Source: Candidatus Borrarchaeum weybense (GTDB lineage: Archaea > Asgardarchaeota > Sifarchaeia > Borrarchaeales > Borrarchaeaceae). Taken from it: DNA of 64,000 bases. Both the position numbers and the translations under genes were made by a program. The DNA lies in contig JAHQJS010000007.1 of assembly GCA_019057385.1 (NCBI GenBank), positions 779,685-843,684 on the forward strand, given 5' to 3'. Positions 20,190 through 29,821 of this stretch are shown piece after piece. Numbering within the stretch: the stretch's first letter is position 1; each line of letters begins with the position of its first letter. Under the pieces are notes generated by a model, which was not told the origin of the DNA, made no database searches, and saw only the letters and a program-made list of their open reading frames with translations.

Positions 20190-21066
20190 TTAGTTTAACC
20201 TCTGAAAAATAATTTTGTGAGAACTCGTAAAGGATCCGTTTTAAAAACTTATCTTAGTTACAGTTACAGATTTGAACTATATCACAGCTTCAAGTCTTAG
20301 TTAGCTACAATGTCCTTATTGACAACGCGTTCTGTCAATTACATTAAAATGGAACTGGAAAAAAATCTTCTTGTTGGAAAGGATATCTATTTTTATTTTC
20401 TTTTTTATTTGTTCTTTTTCTATTTTCATCCGTTTTCACGTAAACTCAAACTCCTAAAGGTGCTACTTACATCTGTTAACAGAAACTAAGGAAACGATGG
20501 TAGAGTTCCAGAAAGAAGTTCTTGAGCGAGTTTTACAAGTTTCGATCTAAAATGAGGAGAGTCGAACTTATTTCGTCTTGCCCTTCTCAAAAGAAAGTAA
20601 CAAATAGATTCTACACGATCTTTTTTCGAATTAACATTCACTTTCAAAGCACCTCATAGATAAATACAGCAAAAGGTGTAATATAGAGAGGCAGAGGGTA
20701 AGATGAAACTGAATTCTTCATAAAAAGCGCGATTTAATTGCTATCTTAAATTATTAGAACTATCTGCCAATGATATTCTTAGAGGTTGCAAAGTAGTCAA
20801 AAAAATAGTGAGAACACTAAGAAAATACAAAAGAGAAGTCCATTACGATGAAGTCGTCCAATAAACGACGTTATTCGTTGTCCAAAAGGACGAAACATTA
20901 CTATCTGCTTGATAGCAATAACACGTACTAATAAATTCTTAGATTGCGGATAAAAACCTCAGAATCTATAAAAATATGATATACAACATCAAAGATAGAT
21001 ACAGTAGTAGATCGAATTCTTATTATCTGTATGTAGACATTATCGCCAGTGAGGAGCCTTTTTTGT

Positions 21067-21519
21067 ATGAGAGAGGAACCAAATAAAGGGGACTTATGTA
21101 AACCGCAATGCTATATGCCATGTCCGTGTCTTAAGCATGAAAGTGACCAAGAAACGCTCTGTATCAATGGAGAAGAAGTTAAAGATGTCCAATTTGTGGA
21201 TCTCGGTTTCATACCAACCTGTATGTTTACTGATAAGGTTCCAGATAACTCACTTTGTTTAAACATAGTTTACTCAGACGAAAATGGCTTTATTAGATGT
21301 GGAACAAGTAAAAGACGCATCAAAGTTAGAAATAATCACATATCCACTGAAGACTATTTAAATGCACTAACACAAGTAAAAGAACTTTATAATGGAAATT
21401 CAATCAAGATTAATTCGTGTCCAGAATGTCTCTACAAAATCATTGTTAGTCAACTCGAACTGCAAGAAGAACAAAGAACCGAGGAGAAAGAGTATGTTAA
21501 CGCGTCTAGCAATTGTTGA
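21067..21519 (+). CDS. Hypothetical Cys-rich protein
   Basis: ORF behind GAGGAG SD; CKPQCYMPCPC and CPEC; overlaps the next gene. Confidence 0.6.
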   Translation: MREEPNKGDLCKPQCYMPCPCLKHESDQETLCINGEEVKDVQFVDLGFIPTCMFTDKVPDNSLCLNIVYSDENGFIRCGTSKRRIKVRNNHISTEDYLNALTQVKELYNGNSIKINSCPECLYKIIVSQLELQEEQRTEEKEYVNASSNC

Positions 21520-21904
21520 TCTCACAAATAATGATATTTTGCTCCCAGTTTCATTTTTAGAAGATTTTAGGAAAAATAATTCACAAAAAGTAGCTATGGT
21601 TTATTCAAATCAGTCAAAAACAATACACTTTTTTTCTTTGAGGAATGGGACTGATTGGATCCTAAAAATCCAGATTGAGTTCTTTCCACCTATTCGATCC
21701 TCTAACGTTACAAAACTTCTAGAAATCTTAAAAGAACGTTTTGATCGAATTGTGTTTTCTACTGGGATCTGTAATTACGAAGATGATTGTTTATGGGAAG
21801 GTTATGCAACAAATCACTTATTACCAGATCTAGAAGTAGTTAAACAGGAACTTTCAGAAGTCCCAGAATTGAAAAAAATTGAATTAAATATACAAGAAGC
21901 ATAG
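21494..21904 (+). CDS. Hypothetical protein, possible AbrB-like N-domain plus ACT domain regulator
   Basis: Start MLTRLAIVD behind GAGGAG; ILLPVSFLEDF..KVAMVY (AbrB-like) followed by a beta-alpha-beta-beta-alpha-beta-like segment with STGIC....CLWEGY. Confidence 0.5.
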   Translation: MLTRLAIVDLTNNDILLPVSFLEDFRKNNSQKVAMVYSNQSKTIHFFSLRNGTDWILKIQIEFFPPIRSSNVTKLLEILKERFDRIVFSTGICNYEDDCLWEGYATNHLLPDLEVVKQELSEVPELKKIELNIQEA

Positions 21905-22407
21905 CTCTGATTATTCTTAGACCTATATGAAAAACCATTTTTTAGTGATTTTAGATTTCGTTATTAGATTTTTTTGTATAATATCTTTTTTGTCGGGTTA
22001 TTTCTCGTAAACCGAAATACGCGATGAGTGCGCGCAGATATAAATATATTGTTTTTCAAAATAAAGGTAAAATATGAATTTTTTTAAAATTTTAATTTTT
22101 TAATCGGATTCTTTTTCGAAATAAAGTTTTCAATAATAAAACATTTGTATTTTAAACTATCTTTTTATACAAATAAAAGTATTCTTAGTGACATCATTTT
22201 CATTATATTAAGTTTTTAACTGATATACATTAAATAAATGGCTATTTTTGTCTCTTATACCCTAGAAATAGTAATATAACTGATTTAAGAAAACTTTACT
22301 TTGTAATTAAGTGGGTTTGCATAAACAATAGTAATTTACTGGTAACTCAAGACATTGAAGTCAATTAAGTTTTTCTTGTTTGCGCGCTCAAAATAGATCT
22401 CAAACTG

Positions 22408-22449
22408 TTCGAACTATTTTTTATCTTCGAAGTATTCGAAGCATTCGAA
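22408..22449. repeat. Four phased TTCGAA palindromic repeats (spacing 18, 9, 9 bp)
   Basis: TTCGAA at 22408, 22426, 22435 and 22444, directly before the TATA-like TTTATGAA of the AAA+ gene pair. Confidence 0.6.
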
Positions 22450-22536
22450 ATATTTATGAATAGGAACAGAATAATTGTATAATTAGAACAACAGCTTATC
22501 TGAAATCCTATTTAATTATCTTGAAGGTATAAAAAA

Positions 22537-23694
22537 TTGCCCCCTATTAACAATAAAACTATATTGGAAGGGTTCAAAAAGGGGCAAGCTTTAGGTCGAA
22601 AAGCACTTTCGTCTTATGTAAGGTGGGGCTTTTCAGATCAACCGTTTCAAAAAGATCTCGTTTACTCATTTGATGAGTTCTATGTTGATTTTCAGACTCA
22701 AGATTTTTCTGTATGGCTTGGGGCAATTAGCAAACTCTCCAAAGAAGTAAATAAAAAAGCAGCGCTTATGATAGGTCCCATGTATATTGGAAAAACTACG
22801 CTCATTAGAAAAGTAGCGAACGTATTAAATAGAGAATATATCCCTACAAAATGCATTTCTGTTCCTAAAACAATAAATGGCTTTATCCTCCAATTAAGAC
22901 GTGAGGATCTAATTGACACACAACTGATTTTTTTGGATGATTCAGATATACTATTTAATGACATCTCAATGATTATAGATGAGATTTCTCAGAATATTGA
23001 GGCAGAATACACAATAATACTTGCCATTTCGCCATCTACATACTTATGGCTTTGGAAAAATGAACCTGCCATGCTGGATCAACATATTCTTGACTCTTAC
23101 AAATTAAGGACTTTTGATCAGGATACGACTATAGATCTTCTTCAAAGAAGAATTGACCATTTTAAAGAAGGAACTAGCCCACAGGCATTTTCTAACGATG
23201 CTTTAGCAAAAATAGCTTATTATGCAATGGGATTACCGGGCTTGGCACTAGAACTAGCAGAGAGTTGTCTTGATTTTGAAATTGAAACCATCACAACAGA
23301 TTATGTTGATGGAAGGGCAAAAGAACTCAATTATGAAATCGCAAAAAGAATTGCAGAAGGAGATCATGAGTATTGGAAAGGATCACGTGGCGAGATATTA
23401 AGAGAACTAGCAATTTCACTTAGCCCAGTTGAACAACAACAATTGAAAGAGTTACGGGGTGCTCGTAAAAAAGAGAATTTAATTGAATTAGAAGGAACGA
23501 GTAGTGCTGAATTAGTTGAGCGAATTAGTCTATCGAGTCAAGGAACAACTTCATATCATCTCAAAAAATTGATTGAAGGAGGAATTGTAAAACAAACCAA
23601 AGTAGGACGTAATCAAATATACACGATTCACTCTACAATAAGCAACGCTGTTGAGTTAGCCTTAATGTCATCAGCAATGATCAATTCATCTTAA
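22537..23694 (+). CDS. AAA+ ATPase (ExeA/Orc1-Cdc6-like clade) with C-terminal winged HTH, paralog 1
   Basis: WGFSDQPF, Walker A GPMYIGKTT, Walker B LIFLDD, GLPGLALEL lid, SSAELVERISLSSQGTTSYHLKKL..GIV wHTH. Confidence 0.75.
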   Translation: MPPINNKTILEGFKKGQALGRKALSSYVRWGFSDQPFQKDLVYSFDEFYVDFQTQDFSVWLGAISKLSKEVNKKAALMIGPMYIGKTTLIRKVANVLNREYIPTKCISVPKTINGFILQLRREDLIDTQLIFLDDSDILFNDISMIIDEISQNIEAEYTIILAISPSTYLWLWKNEPAMLDQHILDSYKLRTFDQDTTIDLLQRRIDHFKEGTSPQAFSNDALAKIAYYAMGLPGLALELAESCLDFEIETITTDYVDGRAKELNYEIAKRIAEGDHEYWKGSRGEILRELAISLSPVEQQQLKELRGARKKENLIELEGTSSAELVERISLSSQGTTSYHLKKLIEGGIVKQTKVGRNQIYTIHSTISNAVELALMSSAMINSS

Positions 23695-23754
23695 TAAAGA
23701 AATATGATGTTCCATTGTTATGAAATTTTGGGAGAGAAAAGAAGAGGTTTATAA

Positions 23755-25023
23755 ATGGCAATTATTGATCAAAAAAAGTTCCTCGCTTCAATAAAGAAAG
23801 GATTAACTCTTGGAACAAAAGCTCTCTCCCTGTATCAATTATTTGGTTTTCGTGAACGACCTTTTAAGGAAGATTTGATTGAAAGAAATAGTTACTTATT
23901 TGTCCCTCCGCAATTATTTTACGAACATAGCCAAAGTCTAGCATCATGGATCACAGCCTGTCATTCCGCTGGCAAGAATGGACTGATAATAGGACCGCCC
24001 GATGTTGGAAAATCAACCTTAGCAAAATTTTTTGTTGAGGAATTGGTCAAACTTGCAGAAGAAATAAGGATTAAATGTCACTATATTCAATTAAAGGGTT
24101 TGACGGAAGCTTCTGAAACAAATCAAAACCCAGAAGAAGTTGTTATAGGTAGTCCACATTCAATTGGGTTAATAGCTGAACTAGAGAATAGAAATTTAAC
24201 TGAAACTGATATTCTCTTAATTGATGATATTGAAACAGGTTTACAAAAAGAAAACTTCATAGACGAACTCTTACGATATATGCGATCCAAAAACCAAACC
24301 ATTATTGGTATTACAACTCCTTCAGTGCCTTCAGAACTTATTGATATTTTTGATGATGTTTACAAGATAAAGTCTATTGAATTCGATACCATTGTAAAAA
24401 TATTGAAGACAAGAATATTGTATTACAAGGAAAATGATGATAAAAGAAATAACACCTCGGATTTGACTCCTTTTACTGATGCGGCAATTAATAAGATTGC
24501 AGAGTATTCAATGGGGTTGCCAGGTCTCGCTCTAGATTTGGCAGATTCATGTTTACGAGGAATCTCTAATGCGAAAGAAATTACCCCAGAAAGTGTTGAT
24601 CTCATAGCTGAAGAATTACAATACCCAATTGCTAAAGATATAGAAATGGGGCAAGGTATAGGCTATTTTGAAGTGGAAGGTGGAGAAAAGAAAAGAAAAG
24701 AATTGAATTTGAGTCTAACTGATAGTAAGGCAAGTATTTTGAAAGAAATTCTTTTTCAATCACGAATACATCCTGAAAAACCAGGAATTACAAATACTAA
24801 ACTCTCAAAGAGCACCAGGATTTCTATTCAAGCTCACACAATTTCTTATCATACAAACATCTTGGAAAAATGTAAGATCTTAGAAGTTCAAGAGGGGCTG
24901 CGGGAAAAGAAAAGAGGAAATTTCAGATATTTTACAGTAAAAAAGCCGATAATGAATGCTATCGAATTAAAAATTCTATCTCAAAAACCACCGACATCTT
25001 CAGAGGTGATAGTAAAGCGTTAA
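23755..25023 (+). CDS. AAA+ ATPase (ExeA/Orc1-Cdc6-like clade) with C-terminal winged HTH, paralog 2
   Basis: LYQLFGFRERPF, GPPDVGKST, LLIDD, GLPGLALDL, ITNTKLSK...TISYHTNILEK wHTH. Confidence 0.75.
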   Translation: MAIIDQKKFLASIKKGLTLGTKALSLYQLFGFRERPFKEDLIERNSYLFVPPQLFYEHSQSLASWITACHSAGKNGLIIGPPDVGKSTLAKFFVEELVKLAEEIRIKCHYIQLKGLTEASETNQNPEEVVIGSPHSIGLIAELENRNLTETDILLIDDIETGLQKENFIDELLRYMRSKNQTIIGITTPSVPSELIDIFDDVYKIKSIEFDTIVKILKTRILYYKENDDKRNNTSDLTPFTDAAINKIAEYSMGLPGLALDLADSCLRGISNAKEITPESVDLIAEELQYPIAKDIEMGQGIGYFEVEGGEKKRKELNLSLTDSKASILKEILFQSRIHPEKPGITNTKLSKSTRISIQAHTISYHTNILEKCKILEVQEGLREKKRGNFRYFTVKKPIMNAIELKILSQKPPTSSEVIVKR

Positions 25024-25075
25024 TTTGTATCATTGGAAAGTCAAATTGAAAAATCGTAGGTTTGAATGATAAAGA

Positions 25076-25182
25076 GGGCCAACTGGGTGAGTTAGCCAAC
25101 CCCAATGGCTAACCCAGTTTCCCCAATAAAAATGTATCGATTAGAAACAATCTATGGTTAACACTGTCCTACCAGTTAGCCC
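25076..25182. other. GC-rich nested inverted repeats (structured RNA or DNA hairpin)
   Basis: AACTGG-GTGA-GTTAGCCA-ACCCCAA-TGGCTAAC-CCAGTT hairpin; GGGCCAACTGG can alternatively pair with CCAGTTAGCCC at ~25172-25182. Confidence 0.55.
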
Positions 25183-25366
25183 ATTTTATATTTAGTATAC
25201 TTCTATGCATAAATATCTTATCGTTCTGGTTAACTACGGGCGCGCTGAAGAGGGGTAACGGGGGACCGTTTAAACCACTTAAACATTAATAAATTAAATA
25301 TTAAAATTAGAAAAGAAAATTAAGTTTGTCTTGAAGTGTTTAAAAACCGATAAAAAAGTGGTACAT

Positions 25367-26068
25367 ATGGAAAAAAAGAAAAAAAGCAATTTCTATAAGA
25401 AAAGCAAAGAGAAATTGGATTTAAACAAGTTCAAATTACGTTTGAGGGAAATAAGAACACGTACTCAAGTAGAAGTAGAAATCGCTGACTTATGGGAAAT
25501 TGCAATGTGGACCGGACAAAAATAATTAACTGCCCCTAAATTAAGAACTGCCTCCTCTCGGTGTTTTAACGTGAAAATAACCGATAAGAGATTTGAAGAG
25601 ACGATCGAAAGAAGAGTAATAGTAGAAGAAACGATCGAAAGAAAGATTATCGAAAACTCAATCGAAGAAAGAGTTGCGATGTTAGAAAACAAATTTGAGG
25701 AATATATATTTCTTTCAGATGAACAAATTAAGGAAATTAGAGATTTAATTCAGTTATATTATGATATCTATGGTAATAAAAGAATCTGGAGCATACTAAG
25801 ACATGAATGTAAGTTCAGTAAATTAGAAAGAGCCCCAAGATATAAGTTTCCAATAATAACAAAAATTCTATATGATTTTGTAGGCTATCATGAACCTAAA
25901 CAAGAAGATCATCCCAATAATAAACAGAATTACTACGTGGGCGATAATGGGAAATTCATGGAAGATAAAAACTCGTTTTTGGCAAATAAAAAGAAAAAGC
26001 ACCATAAAAAGAGAGTTGTAGACACTTCAGGATGCCCAAGCATTTTAAGTTTTACTTTTCAAGAATAA
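25367..26068 (+). pseudogene. ORF6C-like (phage antirepressor C-domain) protein interrupted by one in-frame TAA at 25523-25525
   Basis: The ORFs 25331-25525 and 25571-26068 share a frame with only one stop between them. LSDEQIKEIRDLI...IWSILRHECKFSKLERAPRYKF resembles ORF6C; preceded by an EETIER repeat coiled coil. Confidence 0.5.
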
Positions 26069-26156
26069 GAATTCTGTCTAAACAATAGACTTTTATCTCT
26101 ATCTAGTTTTGTTTGAAACTAAGGATTTAGACTTTAGTAATCAGGGAGGAAATTAC

Positions 26157-26987
26157 TTGCATAAAGTTTCAGTAGAATTGATATTTACTGGAAATGAGCT
26201 CCTCATTGGGAAAACTCTGAATACAAACAGCCAGTGGTTAGCAAAACGAATTTATTCATTGGGAGCTCAAATCACCCGGATGATGAGTATTGGAGATACA
26301 CTAGATGATATTTCAACAGCTCTCTTAGAAGTAATAGGGAGAAAACCTGATATTGTAATTACGTCCGGAGGTTTAGGACCTACCTTTGATGATTTAACAT
26401 TGGATGCCGTAGCAAGAGCCACTAAGAGACCGCTAGAGCTGTCGCAAGAGGTATTAACTCTCCTTTACCAAATATACGAAGAAAAATACAAAAAAGGAAT
26501 TTCAAAAGAAAAAAAACTTTCAAAATATAAACGAAAAATGGCATATCTTCCCAAAGGAAGCATACCTCTGCCAAATAATGTAGGAACTGCACCTGGCGTT
26601 TTATTAGAGCTGGGAGAGGATAAGGGTATCAAATTGTTTTGTCTGCCAGGAGTCCCTGCTGAATTAAAAGCCATTTTTAACCAGAGCATTGCGGAAATAA
26701 TAGTGAAAATGACTGGAGATATTGAAATGGCTGAAGCACGATTTAAGACAGAGCAATTTATAGAATCAGAAATGGCAGCTTTGGTAGACAAAGTGACAAC
26801 AGCTTATCCTACCGTGTATATCAAAAGTCACCCACTCGGTTGGGAAGATACTGCTCGTGTAGAATTTCATCTTACATCAAAAGGGGAAAAGATTGAACAT
26901 ATTACAGAGAATGTAGAAAAGGCTACAGCTATGTTGAAGAAACTTGTTGTGAATGGTGGCGGAAAAATAATCGAAGAAACTGAGTAA
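26157..26987 (+). CDS. CinA N-terminal (molybdopterin-binding, COG1058) protein, paralog 1
   Basis: TGNELLIGKTLNTN, SGGLGPTFDDLT, GTAPG, LPGVPAELK; TTG start behind GGAGG. Confidence 0.9.
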   Translation: MHKVSVELIFTGNELLIGKTLNTNSQWLAKRIYSLGAQITRMMSIGDTLDDISTALLEVIGRKPDIVITSGGLGPTFDDLTLDAVARATKRPLELSQEVLTLLYQIYEEKYKKGISKEKKLSKYKRKMAYLPKGSIPLPNNVGTAPGVLLELGEDKGIKLFCLPGVPAELKAIFNQSIAEIIVKMTGDIEMAEARFKTEQFIESEMAALVDKVTTAYPTVYIKSHPLGWEDTARVEFHLTSKGEKIEHITENVEKATAMLKKLVVNGGGKIIEETE

Positions 26988-27039
26988 GAAAAATTAATTT
27001 CAAGATATTAGTGAAGAAATAATTGAATGAGGAACTAAG

Positions 27040-27879
27040 ATGACTGTCAATATTGAATTATTATTTACTGGAAATGAACTCCTTATCGGAAAAACGCTTA
27101 ACACCAATGCTCAGTGGTTAGCAAAACGTATCTATTCACTTGGAGCACAAGTAACCCGTATGGCTAATGTAATGGACGATCTACAAGAGATCTCTGATGA
27201 GCTACTATATATGATCAAAAGACAACCAGATATCATTATTACCTCAGGAGGTCTTGGTGCATCTTTTGATGACATGACATTAGAAGCTGTAGCTAAAGCA
27301 ACGAATAGACCACTTATTCTCGTCCAAGAGATCCTAAACGAAATTAAACGAGTTCATAAACTATTTTACGAGCGTGGCGACATCAAAGAAAACAAGGTAT
27401 CTGAATATGCAAGAAAAATGGCTTATCAGCCAAAAGATAGCAAAATGCTTGAAAATCCGGAAGGTGGAATACCAGGAGTTTTGTTAGAACTGGAAAAAAA
27501 CGTGAATATAATCTGTTTACCAGGAGTACCCGCAGAATTAAAAGCCATGTTTGATCAGATCGTCGCTGATATCATTTCTAAAATGGTTGGAGGAGATATC
27601 GCCACAGCTGGTGTTAAATTTCTAGTAGACCTAATAGAATCTGAAATTGCGATTTTAATTGAAAAGGTGATGAAGGCATATCCAAGTGTGTACATTAAGA
27701 GCAATCCATTAAGTTGGCAAGATGCTGTACGTGTTGAAATTCATCTTACATCCAGAGGGGAAGTAAATCAAGTGAATGAAAATGTAAATAATGCTGCTGA
27801 GATGCTGAAGAATCTGATTTTAAACTATGGAGGAAAAATAGAAGAAAATTCTATTATTTCTGCAAACAAGAAACAATAA
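27040..27879 (+). CDS. CinA N-terminal (COG1058) protein, paralog 2
   Basis: TGNELLIGKTLNTN, SGGLGASFDDMT, LPGVPAELK. Confidence 0.88.
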   Translation: MTVNIELLFTGNELLIGKTLNTNAQWLAKRIYSLGAQVTRMANVMDDLQEISDELLYMIKRQPDIIITSGGLGASFDDMTLEAVAKATNRPLILVQEILNEIKRVHKLFYERGDIKENKVSEYARKMAYQPKDSKMLENPEGGIPGVLLELEKNVNIICLPGVPAELKAMFDQIVADIISKMVGGDIATAGVKFLVDLIESEIAILIEKVMKAYPSVYIKSNPLSWQDAVRVEIHLTSRGEVNQVNENVNNAAEMLKNLILNYGGKIEENSIISANKKQ

Positions 27880-27949
27880 ATAATTTAAGAAGAATAAATC
27901 TACACTAAAATGTAAATGAAAATAATAAAAGCCACATGGAGGGGAAAAA

Positions 27950-29644
27950 ATGGAAGAAGAACCTACAGAACCTTCAATACCAGAAGAAACCGAGACGACA
28001 GGGGAAGTAGAAATATTTCCGTATTTGCTTGATGATCCTTCATCATCTCTTGATGTAGAACTTGCAGTTGCGTTTATGGTGGCTGAAGTAAATCGTGAGA
28101 AAGGCGGCGGCCTAATTAGGAAAACACCAGAAGAAGTTATTATGCTTTTTTCAAAAATTGGATGGCCTTATTGGTTTATGAAAACTAAAGAAGGATCGGT
28201 GATCGCTGATGGACAAGGATTATCTGAACAGAAACTCACATTTAGTCAAGTACCTAAACCAGAAGAAATTGATAATATCCTATCTAGTAGTGAGATTGCG
28301 ACAGACTATGTAAATTCCCTAAAAAGAACTATTGAACTTCTGACAAGTCTTCCAACACAAAGCGTGCCCATTACTGCATTAGTGGAACCCGAGTTAGCAC
28401 AAAATATTGCAACACACAAGAAAAGTATAGAAAAGAAACGCCCTTTAGAGATAAAAGTAGCGATACTAGAACCTGAGATAACTAAAAATGATGCAAGAAC
28501 AATTGCGACAAATTTTGATGAACTAATGGCGGATAGAGATAATGAACTGAAGAAATTTGATGAAATAAAGAAGACTATTGAAAAAAATACGAGTACCCAC
28601 TTCAAAAAATTAGACGATAAAACGAGAGAAACACTAACAACTTATTCTGATACTGTAACAAAACTGAAAGAGGATGTCGATCAAGAAATAGTCCGTTTGA
28701 AGAGGAAAAAAGATGAAGAGCTAAAAAACACAGATATAATAAAAGAAGAGGAAGGTAAACGTATCGTAAAAAAACTCCGGACTACATTTGACCCCGTCCA
28801 AACATCCTTTTCAAATGCACAAAAGGCTGTCGAAGATTATGTTGAAAGTAAAATTCCTCCTGGTAAAGAGCCAGAGTTAGCCTTTGATTTAGCTGGTGGT
28901 GCTATTAATTACATTAAAAGTCAAATCGATTCGATTGGGGAATCACTTAAAGCGACGGAAAAAGACATCAATAATTTAAAAGAGGATTGGAAAAAGTTAA
29001 TAGCAGATGTTGAAGCGAAGAAAAAAGCAATTGTAAATAAAACTGAAGAAGAAATTGCTAATCAAAATAAGAGAATCAAAGATAAAGAAGTTGAACGCGA
29101 TAAAAAAATAAATGAGCTAAAAGAGTTTCAAAAGACAATTGAGAATTTAATCAAAGAACTATTCACTAAAATCGATGAACAAAAAAAGAGACTTCTTGAA
29201 GAAAATTCCATGCCTAAGAAATTTTTAATCCCGGAAACAGTTGCACCGATGTATCAAGAGATTAATGCAACATATTTGCCACTTTATATCACTAAATATT
29301 CTAATGAGAAACAAGAAACACGCTTTATTGTCCTTCCTGCCATTGCTTCACTGAAGGAGAAGAAAGAAATCGGTATTGACATTGGTGACAAAAAGTTACA
29401 TTCAATGATTTATACATCATTTAATGAATATGTCAAGAAGAGAATTGAGGACGCATTAAGTAAAAACAAGAATTTAAGAGATAATATCGAGCGAATCATG
29501 AATGCTAATAACTTCATTAAGGAAAAGACGATAGAATCAACGATTCAAGACGGAATAAAAACTTTAGAGGCGAAAAAAGTAATCAAAGACAAAGATGCTG
29601 AAGAATTTGCACTGGCTACCATAGAAGCATTTAGAGGTGCATAG
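27950..29644 (+). CDS. Large coiled-coil hypothetical protein
   Basis: ~250-aa K/E-rich heptad core between globular N-terminal (SKIGWPYWF) and C-terminal (YLPLYITKY..RFIVLP) segments. Confidence 0.75.
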   Translation: MEEEPTEPSIPEETETTGEVEIFPYLLDDPSSSLDVELAVAFMVAEVNREKGGGLIRKTPEEVIMLFSKIGWPYWFMKTKEGSVIADGQGLSEQKLTFSQVPKPEEIDNILSSSEIATDYVNSLKRTIELLTSLPTQSVPITALVEPELAQNIATHKKSIEKKRPLEIKVAILEPEITKNDARTIATNFDELMADRDNELKKFDEIKKTIEKNTSTHFKKLDDKTRETLTTYSDTVTKLKEDVDQEIVRLKRKKDEELKNTDIIKEEEGKRIVKKLRTTFDPVQTSFSNAQKAVEDYVESKIPPGKEPELAFDLAGGAINYIKSQIDSIGESLKATEKDINNLKEDWKKLIADVEAKKKAIVNKTEEEIANQNKRIKDKEVERDKKINELKEFQKTIENLIKELFTKIDEQKKRLLEENSMPKKFLIPETVAPMYQEINATYLPLYITKYSNEKQETRFIVLPAIASLKEKKEIGIDIGDKKLHSMIYTSFNEYVKKRIEDALSKNKNLRDNIERIMNANNFIKEKTIESTIQDGIKTLEAKKVIKDKDAEEFALATIEAFRGA

Positions 29645-29685
29645 CCGGTTTTATAATTTGCTATATATCCTTGCAACGACATATA

Positions 29686-29780
29686 GTCGACTATCCCACT
29701 CTAAAGTAACAGGCTTCTAGAAGCGGGAGTTTTGACTATTTTATTTCATTTTTTTTTGTCGATGAACTACCTCGCCCCCC
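29686..29780 (-). mobile_element. Two degenerate IS200/IS605 right-end remnants
   Basis: Minus strand GAAGCCTGTTACTTTAGAGTGGGATAGTCGAC and GGCGAGGTAGTTCAT resemble the ...GGTAGTTCAC right ends. Confidence 0.45.
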
Positions 29781-29821
29781 AAGAGAATCGCATTTTAGTA
29801 TAAGAGCAGTGGAACTAGAAA

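Noticed and set aside
20480-20865. Possible decayed gene in the long spacer
   Set aside because: Only short open stretches with no recognisable homology.
20845-20900. Hammerhead-like GTCC-AAAA-GGAC-GAAAC
   Set aside because: The required CUGAnGA core does not precede the stem, and stems I/III are not evident.
22537-25023. Canonical cdc6/orc1 with chromosomal oriC
   Set aside because: Lacks typical Cdc6 motifs (G.TGKT, LDE.D, GDAR), and no ORB boxes were seen.
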